Assembly: GCA_038247205.1 (NCBI GenBank)
Contig: JBBRVC010000001.1
Location: forward strand, 1,060-65,059
Origin: Bacteroidales bacterium
GTDB lineage: Bacteria; Bacteroidota; Bacteroidia; Bacteroidales; VadinHA17
Reading direction: 5' to 3'
Length of the DNA stretch: 64,000 bases
Shown here: positions 10,529 to 19,749 of the stretch, one piece after another
Layout: each line of letters opens with the position of its first letter
Numbering within the stretch: the stretch's first letter is position 1
Made by a program: the position numbers and the translations under genes
The notes under the pieces: model-generated
Told to the model about the DNA's origin: nothing
The model's database searches: none
What the model saw: only the letters and a program-made list of their open reading frames with translations

Positions 10529-11107
10529 TTGAAACTTTACATTAAGAACATGGTATGTGTTCGCTGCAAGATGGTAGTGAAGACAGAACTGAAAAACCTT
10601 GGATTGCACTACATAGTTGTCGACCTGGGTGAAGTAGAGATAATGGAGAAAATTACTGATGAACAACGCAAACTTTTACAAATTGCATTGCTTGAATCAG
10701 GGTTGGAATTAATGGACGACAAAAGAGCCATTCTGATTGAAAAGATCAAGAACGTTATTATCGAAATGGTGCATCATTCAGATGAATTAATCAAAAATAA
10801 CTTTTCTGATTATCTGAGTGAAAAATTAAGATACGATTATACCTACCTGGCCAACTTATTTTCAGAAGTTCAGGGTACAACTATTGAGCAATTTATTATT
10901 TCTCATAAAGTTGAGCGCATTAAAGAGTTGATTATTTATGGAGAACTCAACATTTCTGAAATTGCATGGAAGATGAACTATTGTACTGTTTCTCACTTAT
11001 CTAATCAATTTAAAAAAGTCACCGGATTATCTCCATATCATTTCAAACAATTGAAAGACAAAAGAAGAAATTCTATAGAAGAAATAGGGTCAATAAGAAA
11101 TCATTGA
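10529..11107 (+). CDS. AraC-family transcriptional regulator with an N-terminal MVCxRC (HMA-like) domain
   Basis: C-terminal AraC HTH (ISEIAWKMNYCTVSHLSNQFKKVTGLSPYHFKQ). N-terminus is KNMVCVRCKMVVKTELKNLGL. TTG start. The stop overlaps the next ATG by 1 nt. Confidence 0.85.
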   Translation: MKLYIKNMVCVRCKMVVKTELKNLGLHYIVVDLGEVEIMEKITDEQRKLLQIALLESGLELMDDKRAILIEKIKNVIIEMVHHSDELIKNNFSDYLSEKLRYDYTYLANLFSEVQGTTIEQFIISHKVERIKELIIYGELNISEIAWKMNYCTVSHLSNQFKKVTGLSPYHFKQLKDKRRNSIEEIGSIRNH

Positions 11108-13404
11108 TGAACGCAAGAAATTTAATTGAAGCAAGTCTCGATCCTCTGGTTGCTATTAATACCAAAGGCAAAATTACAGATATGAATGAGGCATTGGCAA
11201 ATATGACGGGATTTACCCGTAAAGATCTTACAGGTACCGATTTCTTTGATTATTTCACTGAGCCAATAATGGCTCGTAAAGTATATCAGGAGGTATTTGC
11301 CAATGGATCGGTTACCGATTCACCTCTCACCCTACGTCATAAAAATGGTAAGCTTACAGATGTATTATTCAATGGATCAGTTTACAAAGATCAGGATGGA
11401 AATGTACTTGGGATAGTTGTTGTTGCAAGGGATGTTACAGCTCAAAAACTGCTTTCAAAGTATTCTCTAAGTCTTATTGAAGCGAGCCTTGATCCTTTAA
11501 TTACCATAAACACCTCAGGCAAGATCACTGATATGAATCAGGCTACCGTCAATATTACAGGATTATCGAGAAAAATGCTCACGGGAACAGATTTTTTTGA
11601 TTATTTTACCGAACCGCAAAAGGCCCGTGAAGTATATCAGGAAGTCTTTGCAAAAAGCTCGGTTGCTGATTTTCCTCTCACTCTCAGGCATAAAAATGGT
11701 AAGCTGACAGATGTGCTGTTTAATGGATCTGTATATAAGGATGACCGGGGAAATGTTTTGGGAGTTGTTATTGTTGCCAGGGATGTTACTGAGCAGAAAA
11801 GAATCGCAACGGAGTTAACCGATGCAAAGGTAGCCGCGGAACGTGCAACAGCTATTGCCGAAGAAGCAACAAGCAAAGCTCAGAATGCTACCCTTTCAAA
11901 ACAACAATTTCTTTCAAATATGAGTCATGAGATCCGGACTCCGATGAATGCAATTATAGGATTTACAAAAGTTGTATTAAAAACGGAACTGAGTGTTAAG
12001 CAAAAAGAATATCTGACTGCTATAAAAATGAGTGGAGATGCCCTCATAGTGCTGATTAACGACATTCTCGACCTTGCAAAAGTTGACTCAGGGAAAATGA
12101 CTTTTGAGCAGATCCCGTTCAGGATGGCATCGTCGATATCCGCAATGCTTCATATTTTTGAAGCTAAAATTCAGGAAAAAAACTTAGCCTTAATAAAAGA
12201 ATATGATTCAAGGATACCTGAGGTACTGTTAGGCGATCCGGTACGTTTGCACCAGATAATTTTAAATCTTGTTAGCAATGCAGTAAAATTTACCACTCAG
12301 GGTAAAATCACCATAAGTGTAAAGCTGATCTCGGAAGATGATCAGAAAGCTATCATAGAATTTGCTGTAGCAGATACCGGCATCGGGATCCCTGAAAACA
12401 AAATTGAAAAAATATTTGAAAACTTCCAGCAGGCAACCAGCGGAACATCAAGATTGTACGGAGGTACCGGTTTGGGCCTTGCAATAGTAAAACAGCTTGT
12501 AGAACCTCAGGGCGGATCAATTGGTGTGAAAAGTAAGATTAACGAAGGATCTGTGTTTAGTTTCAAATTAAGTTTTCTTAAAACAGATGAAGAGGCAGCT
12601 TCCGATTTAGAGCTTGTTGAACTTGACAATGAACTCAGAAACATTAAAGTCCTTGTTGTTGAGGATATTACCCTCAATCAGCTACTAATGAAGACGATAC
12701 TTGACGATTTCGGATTTGAACGCGATATAGCAGTTAATGGGAAAATTGCTATTCAGAAATTAGAAAAACAAACATTTGATATCATCCTGATGGACCTTCA
12801 GATGCCAGAGATGAACGGTTTTGAAGCAACTGAATATATTCGGGAAACAATGAAATCAGGCATACCAATAATAGCGTTGACAGCAGATGTAACTACAGCT
12901 GATCTGAAAAAGTGTGAATCGGTAGGGATGAATGACTATATTGCAAAACCCGTTGATGAACGGTTATTATACAACAAAATAGTCGGGTTGGTTAAAAAAT
13001 CTGCTATGCTCAGCGGGCAGGACGATATCAGTAAGATGAGGAGGGAGAAATGCATTGACCTCGATTATCTGATACGTCGCACGAAAGCAAATCCTGAGTT
13101 AATGATGGAAATGATTTCTCTTTATCTTGAACAAACGCCTCCTCTGGTAAGGGAAATGAAAAAAAGCCTGTATGACAAGGATTGGAACTTATTATACGGT
13201 GCAGTCCATAAAATGATTCCCTCATTTTCAATAATGGGAATCAATAGCGAATTTGAAAACATGGCAAAAAAAGTTCAGGAATTTGCCAATAACCAACAGC
13301 AAATCAGCGGAATACCTGAACTTGTTCTAAAGCTTGAAGATGTTTGCACCCAGGCTTGTGAGGAACTGGAAGAAGAATTTAATAAATTAAAAAATCAAAA
13401 CTGA
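11107..13404 (+). CDS. Hybrid sensor histidine kinase (PAS-PAS-HisKA-HATPase-REC-Hpt)
   Basis: Two PAS units, H-box SHEIRTPMNAI, N/G boxes NAVKFT, DTGIGI and GGTGLGL, receiver DIILMDLQMPEMNG, and a C-terminal Hpt-like helix bundle (AVHKMIPSFSIMG). Confidence 0.93.
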   Translation: MNARNLIEASLDPLVAINTKGKITDMNEALANMTGFTRKDLTGTDFFDYFTEPIMARKVYQEVFANGSVTDSPLTLRHKNGKLTDVLFNGSVYKDQDGNVLGIVVVARDVTAQKLLSKYSLSLIEASLDPLITINTSGKITDMNQATVNITGLSRKMLTGTDFFDYFTEPQKAREVYQEVFAKSSVADFPLTLRHKNGKLTDVLFNGSVYKDDRGNVLGVVIVARDVTEQKRIATELTDAKVAAERATAIAEEATSKAQNATLSKQQFLSNMSHEIRTPMNAIIGFTKVVLKTELSVKQKEYLTAIKMSGDALIVLINDILDLAKVDSGKMTFEQIPFRMASSISAMLHIFEAKIQEKNLALIKEYDSRIPEVLLGDPVRLHQIILNLVSNAVKFTTQGKITISVKLISEDDQKAIIEFAVADTGIGIPENKIEKIFENFQQATSGTSRLYGGTGLGLAIVKQLVEPQGGSIGVKSKINEGSVFSFKLSFLKTDEEAASDLELVELDNELRNIKVLVVEDITLNQLLMKTILDDFGFERDIAVNGKIAIQKLEKQTFDIILMDLQMPEMNGFEATEYIRETMKSGIPIIALTADVTTADLKKCESVGMNDYIAKPVDERLLYNKIVGLVKKSAMLSGQDDISKMRREKCIDLDYLIRRTKANPELMMEMISLYLEQTPPLVREMKKSLYDKDWNLLYGAVHKMIPSFSIMGINSEFENMAKKVQEFANNQQQISGIPELVLKLEDVCTQACEELEEEFNKLKNQN
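11122..11823 (+). repeat. Tandem duplication of a 351-bp (117-codon) PAS-encoding unit inside the kinase gene
   Basis: Copy 1 spans 11122-11472 and copy 2 spans 11473-11823. Both start LIEASLDPL and end VARDVT.QK. They have the same length and most residues are identical. Confidence 0.9.
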
Positions 13405-13838
13405 TGAAACAAGATAGCAGAATAAAACTTTTTCTTGTTGATGACGATGCAGTATTCTTAAAATTGCTGGAGATCGAGTTTTTGGAAAATGCTGATATTG
13501 AAATTGAAACATATGCCACCGGGGAACTCTGTATTGAGAGTTTATCACACAATCCAGATATAATAATTTTAGATTATTATCTGAACGGGATAAGGAAGGA
13601 TGCAATTGATGGGATGGAAACACTTGACAAAATTAAGGAATTCAACCCCGGAATACAAGTCATAATGCTTTCATCTCAGGATAAGATTGATGTAGCTATT
13701 AACTGTATGCATCACAAGGCATTTGATTATGTTGTGAAAAGCGAAACCGCATTCATGCGACTTAAACAAATTATAACCAATATTATCCATTATCAAAAGC
13801 TGGAAAAGGAATTGAGCTGGTACATGGACCGGATGTAA
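13404..13838 (+). CDS. Single-domain response regulator (CheY-like receiver)
   Basis: 144 aa with LFLVDDD, DIIILDYYL and a conserved Lys (DYVVKS). The ATG overlaps the kinase TGA by 1 nt. Confidence 0.9.
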   Translation: MKQDSRIKLFLVDDDAVFLKLLEIEFLENADIEIETYATGELCIESLSHNPDIIILDYYLNGIRKDAIDGMETLDKIKEFNPGIQVIMLSSQDKIDVAINCMHHKAFDYVVKSETAFMRLKQIITNIIHYQKLEKELSWYMDRM

Positions 13839-14136
13839 TCAAAAGTTAACCCTAATGACGTTTGTCCTCCCCTCTCCTAAGGTAACTTTGAAGCGGCGGA
13901 GGGTTGTTCCCTGATAATATGTGAATAATGTAACTTATAGTTTAAGTTTTGCAATACAATACATCGCGAAGTGTCTGATCTTTGTCAAACTGTTCAGCGC
14001 AGAATCATGTGTTGTGATTGTAAAGAGGACAATGGATCCAAAAAATCCTCTTCATCCATTTACAAATAACCCGGGACAGGGGAAAGGCAAACATAAGTAA
14101 CATATTGTTTTTTAACTAATTAAATACCAATCTGAT

Positions 14137-14346
14137 ATGAAAAAGGCAGGAATAATATTAATCGTTGTAGGATTATTGTTCACAATCGTTACAGGTTTCA
14201 AATTCTTTACAAAGAAAAAAATTGTCGATATCGGCTCTTTGGAAATCTCTGCATCCGAACCGCATAAGTTAAACTGGTCACCTTACCTGGGTGTAGGTAT
14301 AATGATTGTCGGAGGAATCATGTTTCTCGCAGGTAATAAAAAGTAA
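14137..14346 (+). CDS. Small two-TM membrane protein (unknown function)
   Basis: 69 aa with two hydrophobic helices (GIILIVVGLLFTIVTGF and GVGIMIVGGIMFLAG). Confidence 0.5.
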   Translation: MKKAGIILIVVGLLFTIVTGFKFFTKKKIVDIGSLEISASEPHKLNWSPYLGVGIMIVGGIMFLAGNKK

Positions 14347-14682
14347 TCCCTGATCTGGGAATCCCGGGTTTGTTTATTTTATTTCACTTACGGCAATCGC
14401 CAAGCTTATCTTCGACAGTATTGAAAACCTGGAAATATAGAGTTTGTAATAGGCGATAGAATGCCGGGATATTATTTAATCTCAAATCCATTAAACGCAA
14501 AGGGCACTAAGCTTCAAAACCAAAGGTCGCAAAGATTTTCTTCTAACTCTGTGAACCTCCTTGTCGTCTCTGTGACACTCTTTGTAAGTTCTTCATTTTT
14601 CATTCCGCAATCCGTAATCTCCTCCCCATTCCGAATTCTACCAAAACTTTCTCTAATTTAGCGCCTCAAATATTCTAAAACT

Positions 14683-15051
14683 ATGTACCGGTTTTTCTTC
14701 CGCTTTGTTGTAATAACCCTGACAATTTTAACCGCCAACCTTCTTACCACAGCCATAAGCGATTACCTTGTGACTTATAAAAATCATCTCAAACCAATAA
14801 CTTTTACTTTTATTGGAATGGCTATAATAACAATTGTATTCTATCCGCTTTTCACAAAACTGGAGGATTGGGTAAAAAGCATATCGGTAAAAGTTATTAA
14901 ATCAGGAAGCTCGGTAGCCGGAAAATTCTTCGGACTTACCCTGACTTTTATTGGAGGTATGCTGGTATTATTATATTTTTATGCAAGGATGTGGTATCAT
15001 ATTGATCTCTTCCGCATACTCTTTCATGGGAATATTGGCAGGTATCTGTAG
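14683..15051 (+). CDS. Membrane protein (unknown function)
   Basis: 122 aa with three predicted hydrophobic helices. Confidence 0.45.
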   Translation: MYRFFFRFVVITLTILTANLLTTAISDYLVTYKNHLKPITFTFIGMAIITIVFYPLFTKLEDWVKSISVKVIKSGSSVAGKFFGLTLTFIGGMLVLLYFYARMWYHIDLFRILFHGNIGRYL

Positions 15052-15065
15052 AGAAGTAATTGATC

Positions 15066-15518
15066 TTATTGCCCTAGCAGCTCTTTAACTTTTGCCGAGA
15101 TATCTTTACCATCTGCCTTTCCGGCAAGTTCCTTTGTGGCAGCACCCATCACCTTTCCCATGTCGGCCGGAGTTTTTGCACCAATACGCTCTATTATACT
15201 TTTTATGATCTTCACCAATTCCTCTTCACTCATTTTTGCCGGAAGATACTTCTCAAGCACATCGGCCTCAACAACCTCTTTTTCATATAGATCGGGCCTG
15301 TTCTGTTCCTTGTAGATAAAAGCCGACTCTCTTCTTTGTTTGACAAGTTTTTGAATGATTTTTATTTCTTCTTCTGCTGTAAGTACAGAATCGGCACCCT
15401 TCTCTGAACGGGCAAGAGTAAAAGCTGTTTTTGCTGCCCTTATCGCTTCAAGGGCTATTTTATCCTTTGCCTTCATTGCGGTGATAAGATCGGCAGAAAT
15501 TTTTTCTACAAGTGACAT
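15066..15518 (-). CDS. GatB/YqeY domain-containing protein
   Basis: 150 aa. MSLVEKISADLITAMKAKDK...LPAKMSEEEL...KVMGAATKELAGKADGK is the characteristic YqeY pattern. Confidence 0.88.
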   Translation of the reverse strand: MSLVEKISADLITAMKAKDKIALEAIRAAKTAFTLARSEKGADSVLTAEEEIKIIQKLVKQRRESAFIYKEQNRPDLYEKEVVEADVLEKYLPAKMSEEELVKIIKSIIERIGAKTPADMGKVMGAATKELAGKADGKDISAKVKELLGQ

Positions 15519-15771
15519 ACTGTATCGGTTTTAATATTCAATATTATTGTAAAGATACAAAGTTCGATCTGATTTTACTCCATAGATAAGAATCCATAGT
15601 AATAGCTGATTTTTATTAAATTAGTGGTTTTTTAGTTATTTTTATAAATGAAATACATCGATCTTACTCATTGAACTTATGAAACCCACATGTTTTGCAA
15701 ACACAAACACTTATAAATGTATTTATCAAACATGTACGGTTCCATCATACCTTTAAAATTAAAATTATATT

Positions 15772-16689
15772 ATGATGAAAAAAAAATCGTTTTTCTTTCT
15801 TCTTCTTGCTCTGAGCAATCTGGTCCACGGCCAGAATTTTGTTCTTCCTTTGTACGATGGGCCAATCCCCAATTCAAAAAACACAGGTTCTGTTGAAAAA
15901 ATAGCCAAAACCGATATCATAAGAATTTCAGACGTTCAGATTCCTGATATAGCTGTTTATCTTCCTTCAAAAAGATTTGCGACCGGACAGGCAGTTGTTA
16001 TTTGTCCGGGAGGTGGTTATGGGATATTGGCATATGATCTGGAGGGCACTGATATTGCCCGGTATCTCAATTCAATTGGTGTTGCAGGTATAGTCCTGAA
16101 GTACCGGCTGCCAGTGTTTGGGAATACAGTCGAACCCCACAAAGCGCCTCTTATGGACGCACAGCGCGCTTTACGTCTTGTCCGTTTTAATGCACCCGGG
16201 TGGAATATCGACACTTCAAAAATCGGTGTCATGGGGTTTTCGGCCGGAGGTCATCTCGCTTCTACCTTAGGGACCCATTTTGACACCGGTAGTAGAACTT
16301 CTGCAGATTCCGTAGAGAGAATGAGCAGCCGTCCAGATTTCATGATCCTAATGTATCCTGTTATTTCTTTCACAGATGCTTCAACACATGCCGGATCAAG
16401 AGATGCTCTCCTTGGGAAAAATGCGGAAAAAACTCAGATAGAGTATTATTCAAATGAGTTGCAGGTTACAAATGATACTCCGCCGGCATTTTTTGTCCAT
16501 GCTGATGATGATAAAACTGTACCTGTTGAAAACACTCTGCTGATGTACAAAGCTTTACGGGCACACAATATTCCGGCTGAATTGCATATTCTTTCCGAGG
16601 GAAAGCATGGTTTCGGTCTTGGTGTTGGTAATGATCATATAGCTTCATGGTCAAATAACCTAAGGCTCTGGCTGGGTAAGTTGAAATGA
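15772..16689 (+). CDS. Alpha/beta hydrolase (esterase/lipase type)
   Basis: Signal peptide, oxyanion PGGGYG, nucleophile elbow GFSAGGH, and C-terminal DD...H. Confidence 0.85.
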   Translation: MMKKKSFFFLLLALSNLVHGQNFVLPLYDGPIPNSKNTGSVEKIAKTDIIRISDVQIPDIAVYLPSKRFATGQAVVICPGGGYGILAYDLEGTDIARYLNSIGVAGIVLKYRLPVFGNTVEPHKAPLMDAQRALRLVRFNAPGWNIDTSKIGVMGFSAGGHLASTLGTHFDTGSRTSADSVERMSSRPDFMILMYPVISFTDASTHAGSRDALLGKNAEKTQIEYYSNELQVTNDTPPAFFVHADDDKTVPVENTLLMYKALRAHNIPAELHILSEGKHGFGLGVGNDHIASWSNNLRLWLGKLK

Positions 16690-17808
16690 TCAGATTTTTA
16701 TGAGTTCATAGTCAGCATTTCCCAGGCCTATCTTGCTGGCATGATCAATTCCCGCCTGCCAGTAGGTATCCGGATGTGTATGTCTGAATTTATCAACACC
16801 TGACATGTCGCCATTGTCATGATTTTTGCAAATTCTGCTTCCTGGCAGAGCAGGAGCGGCATTTACCATATCAGCACACGCCATATCAAGTGCAACAGAA
16901 TCGAATGAAGCTGCTATTCCAATATCCGGGACGAGAGGGTAATCATTAAATGAGAAACAGTCGCAATCGGGCGACACATTCATTATAAAGTTGATGTGAA
17001 ATGAAGGTTTGTCCTTTGTTACGGCATAAGCATATTCAGAAACCCGCTTACATACATTTTCTGAGGCATCCTGCCACACAACACTTGCTGAATCGTACTG
17101 ACATACTGCAACACACTGCCCGCAGCCGACGCATTTAACATAGTCGATATGAGCAATTTTATCCTTGCCAACATGCACAGCGTCATAAGCACAATTCTTT
17201 TCACAGATCTTGCACCCTGTGCAGTTATCCTCGTGAATTTCGGGTGACGATCCGGAATGAAGGAATAATTTGCCGCCAACAGAAGCACAACCCATTCCTA
17301 GATTTTTAAGTGCTCCTCCGAATCCTGTCATCTCATGACCTTTGAAATGATTCATCGAAATAATTACATCAGCTTCGGTGATTCCGGTGCCTATTTTTGC
17401 TGTCTTACAATATTCCAGGTTAAGTTCTATTTCCCGAAAATCAGTTCCTTTAATACCATCTGCAATGATTACCGGACAATCAGTTGCCATAGGATTATAT
17501 CCATTCTCAAATGCCGCCTCAAGGTGTGAAGGAGCATTTGAGCGTCTTCCGTAATATAATGTGTTACAGTCAGTAAGAAAAGGTATCGCTTCCTTTGACT
17601 TAAGGAATTTTACGATAAGTGCTGCATAATTTGGCCTCAGGTAAGCCAGATTGCCCGGTTCCCCAAAGTGAATTTTTATTGCTACGATCTTACGTTTGAA
17701 ATCTATCTCTTCAATGCCTGCCTTCAGGATGAGAATTTCAAGTTTTTTAAGGAGATTTTGTGAGGGCTTTGACCTCAGATCAGTAAACCAGACTTTTGAT
17801 TTTGACAT
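16690..17808 (-). CDS. DUF362-type protein with a 2x[4Fe-4S] ferredoxin insert
   Basis: 372 aa. CTGCKICEKNCAYDAV and CVGCGQCVAVCQ ferredoxin motifs sit inside a DUF362-like frame. Confidence 0.7.
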   Translation of the reverse strand: MSKSKVWFTDLRSKPSQNLLKKLEILILKAGIEEIDFKRKIVAIKIHFGEPGNLAYLRPNYAALIVKFLKSKEAIPFLTDCNTLYYGRRSNAPSHLEAAFENGYNPMATDCPVIIADGIKGTDFREIELNLEYCKTAKIGTGITEADVIISMNHFKGHEMTGFGGALKNLGMGCASVGGKLFLHSGSSPEIHEDNCTGCKICEKNCAYDAVHVGKDKIAHIDYVKCVGCGQCVAVCQYDSASVVWQDASENVCKRVSEYAYAVTKDKPSFHINFIMNVSPDCDCFSFNDYPLVPDIGIAASFDSVALDMACADMVNAAPALPGSRICKNHDNGDMSGVDKFRHTHPDTYWQAGIDHASKIGLGNADYELIKI

Positions 17809-17820
17809 AAACTCTTCTAA

Positions 17821-18801
17821 CTATACAGACAATATCCTAGCTAACTCAACAAGGTTGTGATTAACATCTTTGTGAAGCTTTACTGCTCTGCGAAATGGCA
17901 CAAGAACAATTTCGTTGTCCATTATCCCTACCATAACGCTTTTCTGGTCATCAATAAGTGCTTCTACTGCAGCATGTCCAAGACGGCTTGCATTCACTCT
18001 GTCGATAGCTGAAGGAGAACCCCCGCGCTGAAGATGCCCCAAAACAGAGACCCTCACGTCATAGTCCTTAAATTCATTTTTTACTTTCTCAGCAATAGCA
18101 AAAGCGCCTCCTCCTTCATCACCCTCGGCGACAATTATTAAATTGCTCGTCTTTTTCCGGATATTGCCCGACTGGATCATCTTTATCAGATCCTTGGCTT
18201 CTCCTTTTAATTCGGGTATGATAATTGCCTCTGCTCCGGTAGCAATACCACTGTATAAGGCAATAAAGCCGGCTTCTGCACCCATTACTTCAACAAAGAA
18301 CATTCTGTTGTGAGCGCTTGCTGTATCCCTGATTTTATCAACTGCCTGAACAACTGTATTAAGTGCCGTATCATATCCTATGGTGTAATCTGTACCATAT
18401 ATATCATTATCTATTGTCCCGGGCAGACCAACAAAAGGAATTTCATACTCTTCATTGAAAATACGTGCTCCGGTAAATGAGCCATCACCTCCAATAACGA
18501 CTACTCCATCGATATTTGCATTTTTAAGATTGTTATATGCTTTTTGTCTGCCTTCAACAGTTCTGAATTCTTCGCATCTGGCGGTTTTAAGAATTGTTCC
18601 ACCCCGCTGTATGATATCACTTACACTCGATGCCTCGAGTGGTTTAAAATCAGCTTTGATCATCCCGGAATAACCTTCCATGATGCCCATTACCTCCAAC
18701 CCATTATAAATTGCGGTCCTTGTTACTGCGCGAATTGCAGCATTCATTCCCGGTGAGTCCCCCCCTGATGTCAAAACTCCGATTTTTTTAACTCTTCCCA
18801 T
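17821..18801 (-). CDS. pfkA: ATP-dependent 6-phosphofructokinase
   Basis: IGVLTSGGDSPGMNAAIRAV, GGDGSF, PGTIDND and LGHLQRGG motifs. Confidence 0.95.
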   Translation of the reverse strand: MGRVKKIGVLTSGGDSPGMNAAIRAVTRTAIYNGLEVMGIMEGYSGMIKADFKPLEASSVSDIIQRGGTILKTARCEEFRTVEGRQKAYNNLKNANIDGVVVIGGDGSFTGARIFNEEYEIPFVGLPGTIDNDIYGTDYTIGYDTALNTVVQAVDKIRDTASAHNRMFFVEVMGAEAGFIALYSGIATGAEAIIIPELKGEAKDLIKMIQSGNIRKKTSNLIIVAEGDEGGGAFAIAEKVKNEFKDYDVRVSVLGHLQRGGSPSAIDRVNASRLGHAAVEALIDDQKSVMVGIMDNEIVLVPFRRAVKLHKDVNHNLVELARILSV

Positions 18802-18873
18802 TGATTATTCTAAGTGAATTCGGGCGCAAAGATAGAATAATTTTCCCACCTGCAAAACGGAATGTATTTGTGA

Positions 18874-19749
18874 TCAGATATTTGAAATATGATCCTTTAC
18901 ATTGTCCAGAAGCCATTTAGGGGTAGAAGTGGCACCGCATACACCTACTGATTTTCGGCCGTCAAACCATGAGTTTTTGATCTCTTCCACAGATGATACC
19001 AAATAGGTGTCAGGATTGATTTTCTTACAAACTGAATAAAGAATCTTGCCATTAGAGCTCTCACTCCCGCTAACAAAAACGATTACATCGTGTTTCGTAG
19101 CAAATTCCTTGAGAGATGGTTCACGGTTCGATACCTGTCCGCAGATTGTTTTATTGATAAATAAATGTTTCCCAGTATCTGTTATGCCATGTTCCTTCAT
19201 CTTTTCAAGCAACATATCAGCAAACAATCCATAATCAGTTACACTCATGGTTGTCTGAGCAAACAGGTATGCCGGACGGGAAATATCTATTTTGGATAGA
19301 TCATCAGGTCCGGAAACAAGGATCCCTTCATTATTGATTTGCCCAAGTAATCCGACTACTTCAGCATGTCCGGGTTTCCCATAAATTACCACTTGTCCGT
19401 TTGTCTCCCTTGCCTTATTCCATGTATCTTTAATCTTCGACTGAAGTCTTTTGACAATAGGGCAGGTTGCCTCAACAATGGTAATATTGTTTCTTGCAGC
19501 AGTTTGATAAGTTTCCGGCGGCTCTCCATGAGCCCTGATAAGTACTTTTACATCATGGAGCTTCCCGAATTCTTCATGATCAATCGAAACAAGTCCCAAA
19601 GAGGCAAGACGCTCAACCTCCTTATCGTTATGCACTATCGGGCCGAGTGAAAAGACTTTTTCACCCTTCAAAAGTGCTTTTTCAGCAATTTCGACAGCAT
19701 TCTGAACTCCAAAACAGAATCCCGACTTTTTATCGATTTCTACTTCCAT
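18874..19749 (-). CDS. ispH: 4-hydroxy-3-methylbut-2-enyl diphosphate reductase
   Basis: GFCFGVQNAV, IVHN and ATCP motifs in 291 aa. The start overlaps the end of cmk by 10 nt. Confidence 0.93.
   Translation of the reverse strand: MEVEIDKKSGFCFGVQNAVEIAEKALLKGEKVFSLGPIVHNDKEVERLASLGLVSIDHEEFGKLHDVKVLIRAHGEPPETYQTAARNNITIVEATCPIVKRLQSKIKDTWNKARETNGQVVIYGKPGHAEVVGLLGQINNEGILVSGPDDLSKIDISRPAYLFAQTTMSVTDYGLFADMLLEKMKEHGITDTGKHLFINKTICGQVSNREPSLKEFATKHDVIVFVSGSESSNGKILYSVCKKINPDTYLVSSVEEIKNSWFDGRKSVGVCGATSTPKWLLDNVKDHISNI

Noticed and set aside
14461-14661. 66-aa ORF as a real gene.
   Set aside because: The peptide is low-complexity and overlaps a motif-dense intergenic repeat-like region. It has no plausible promoter or start context.
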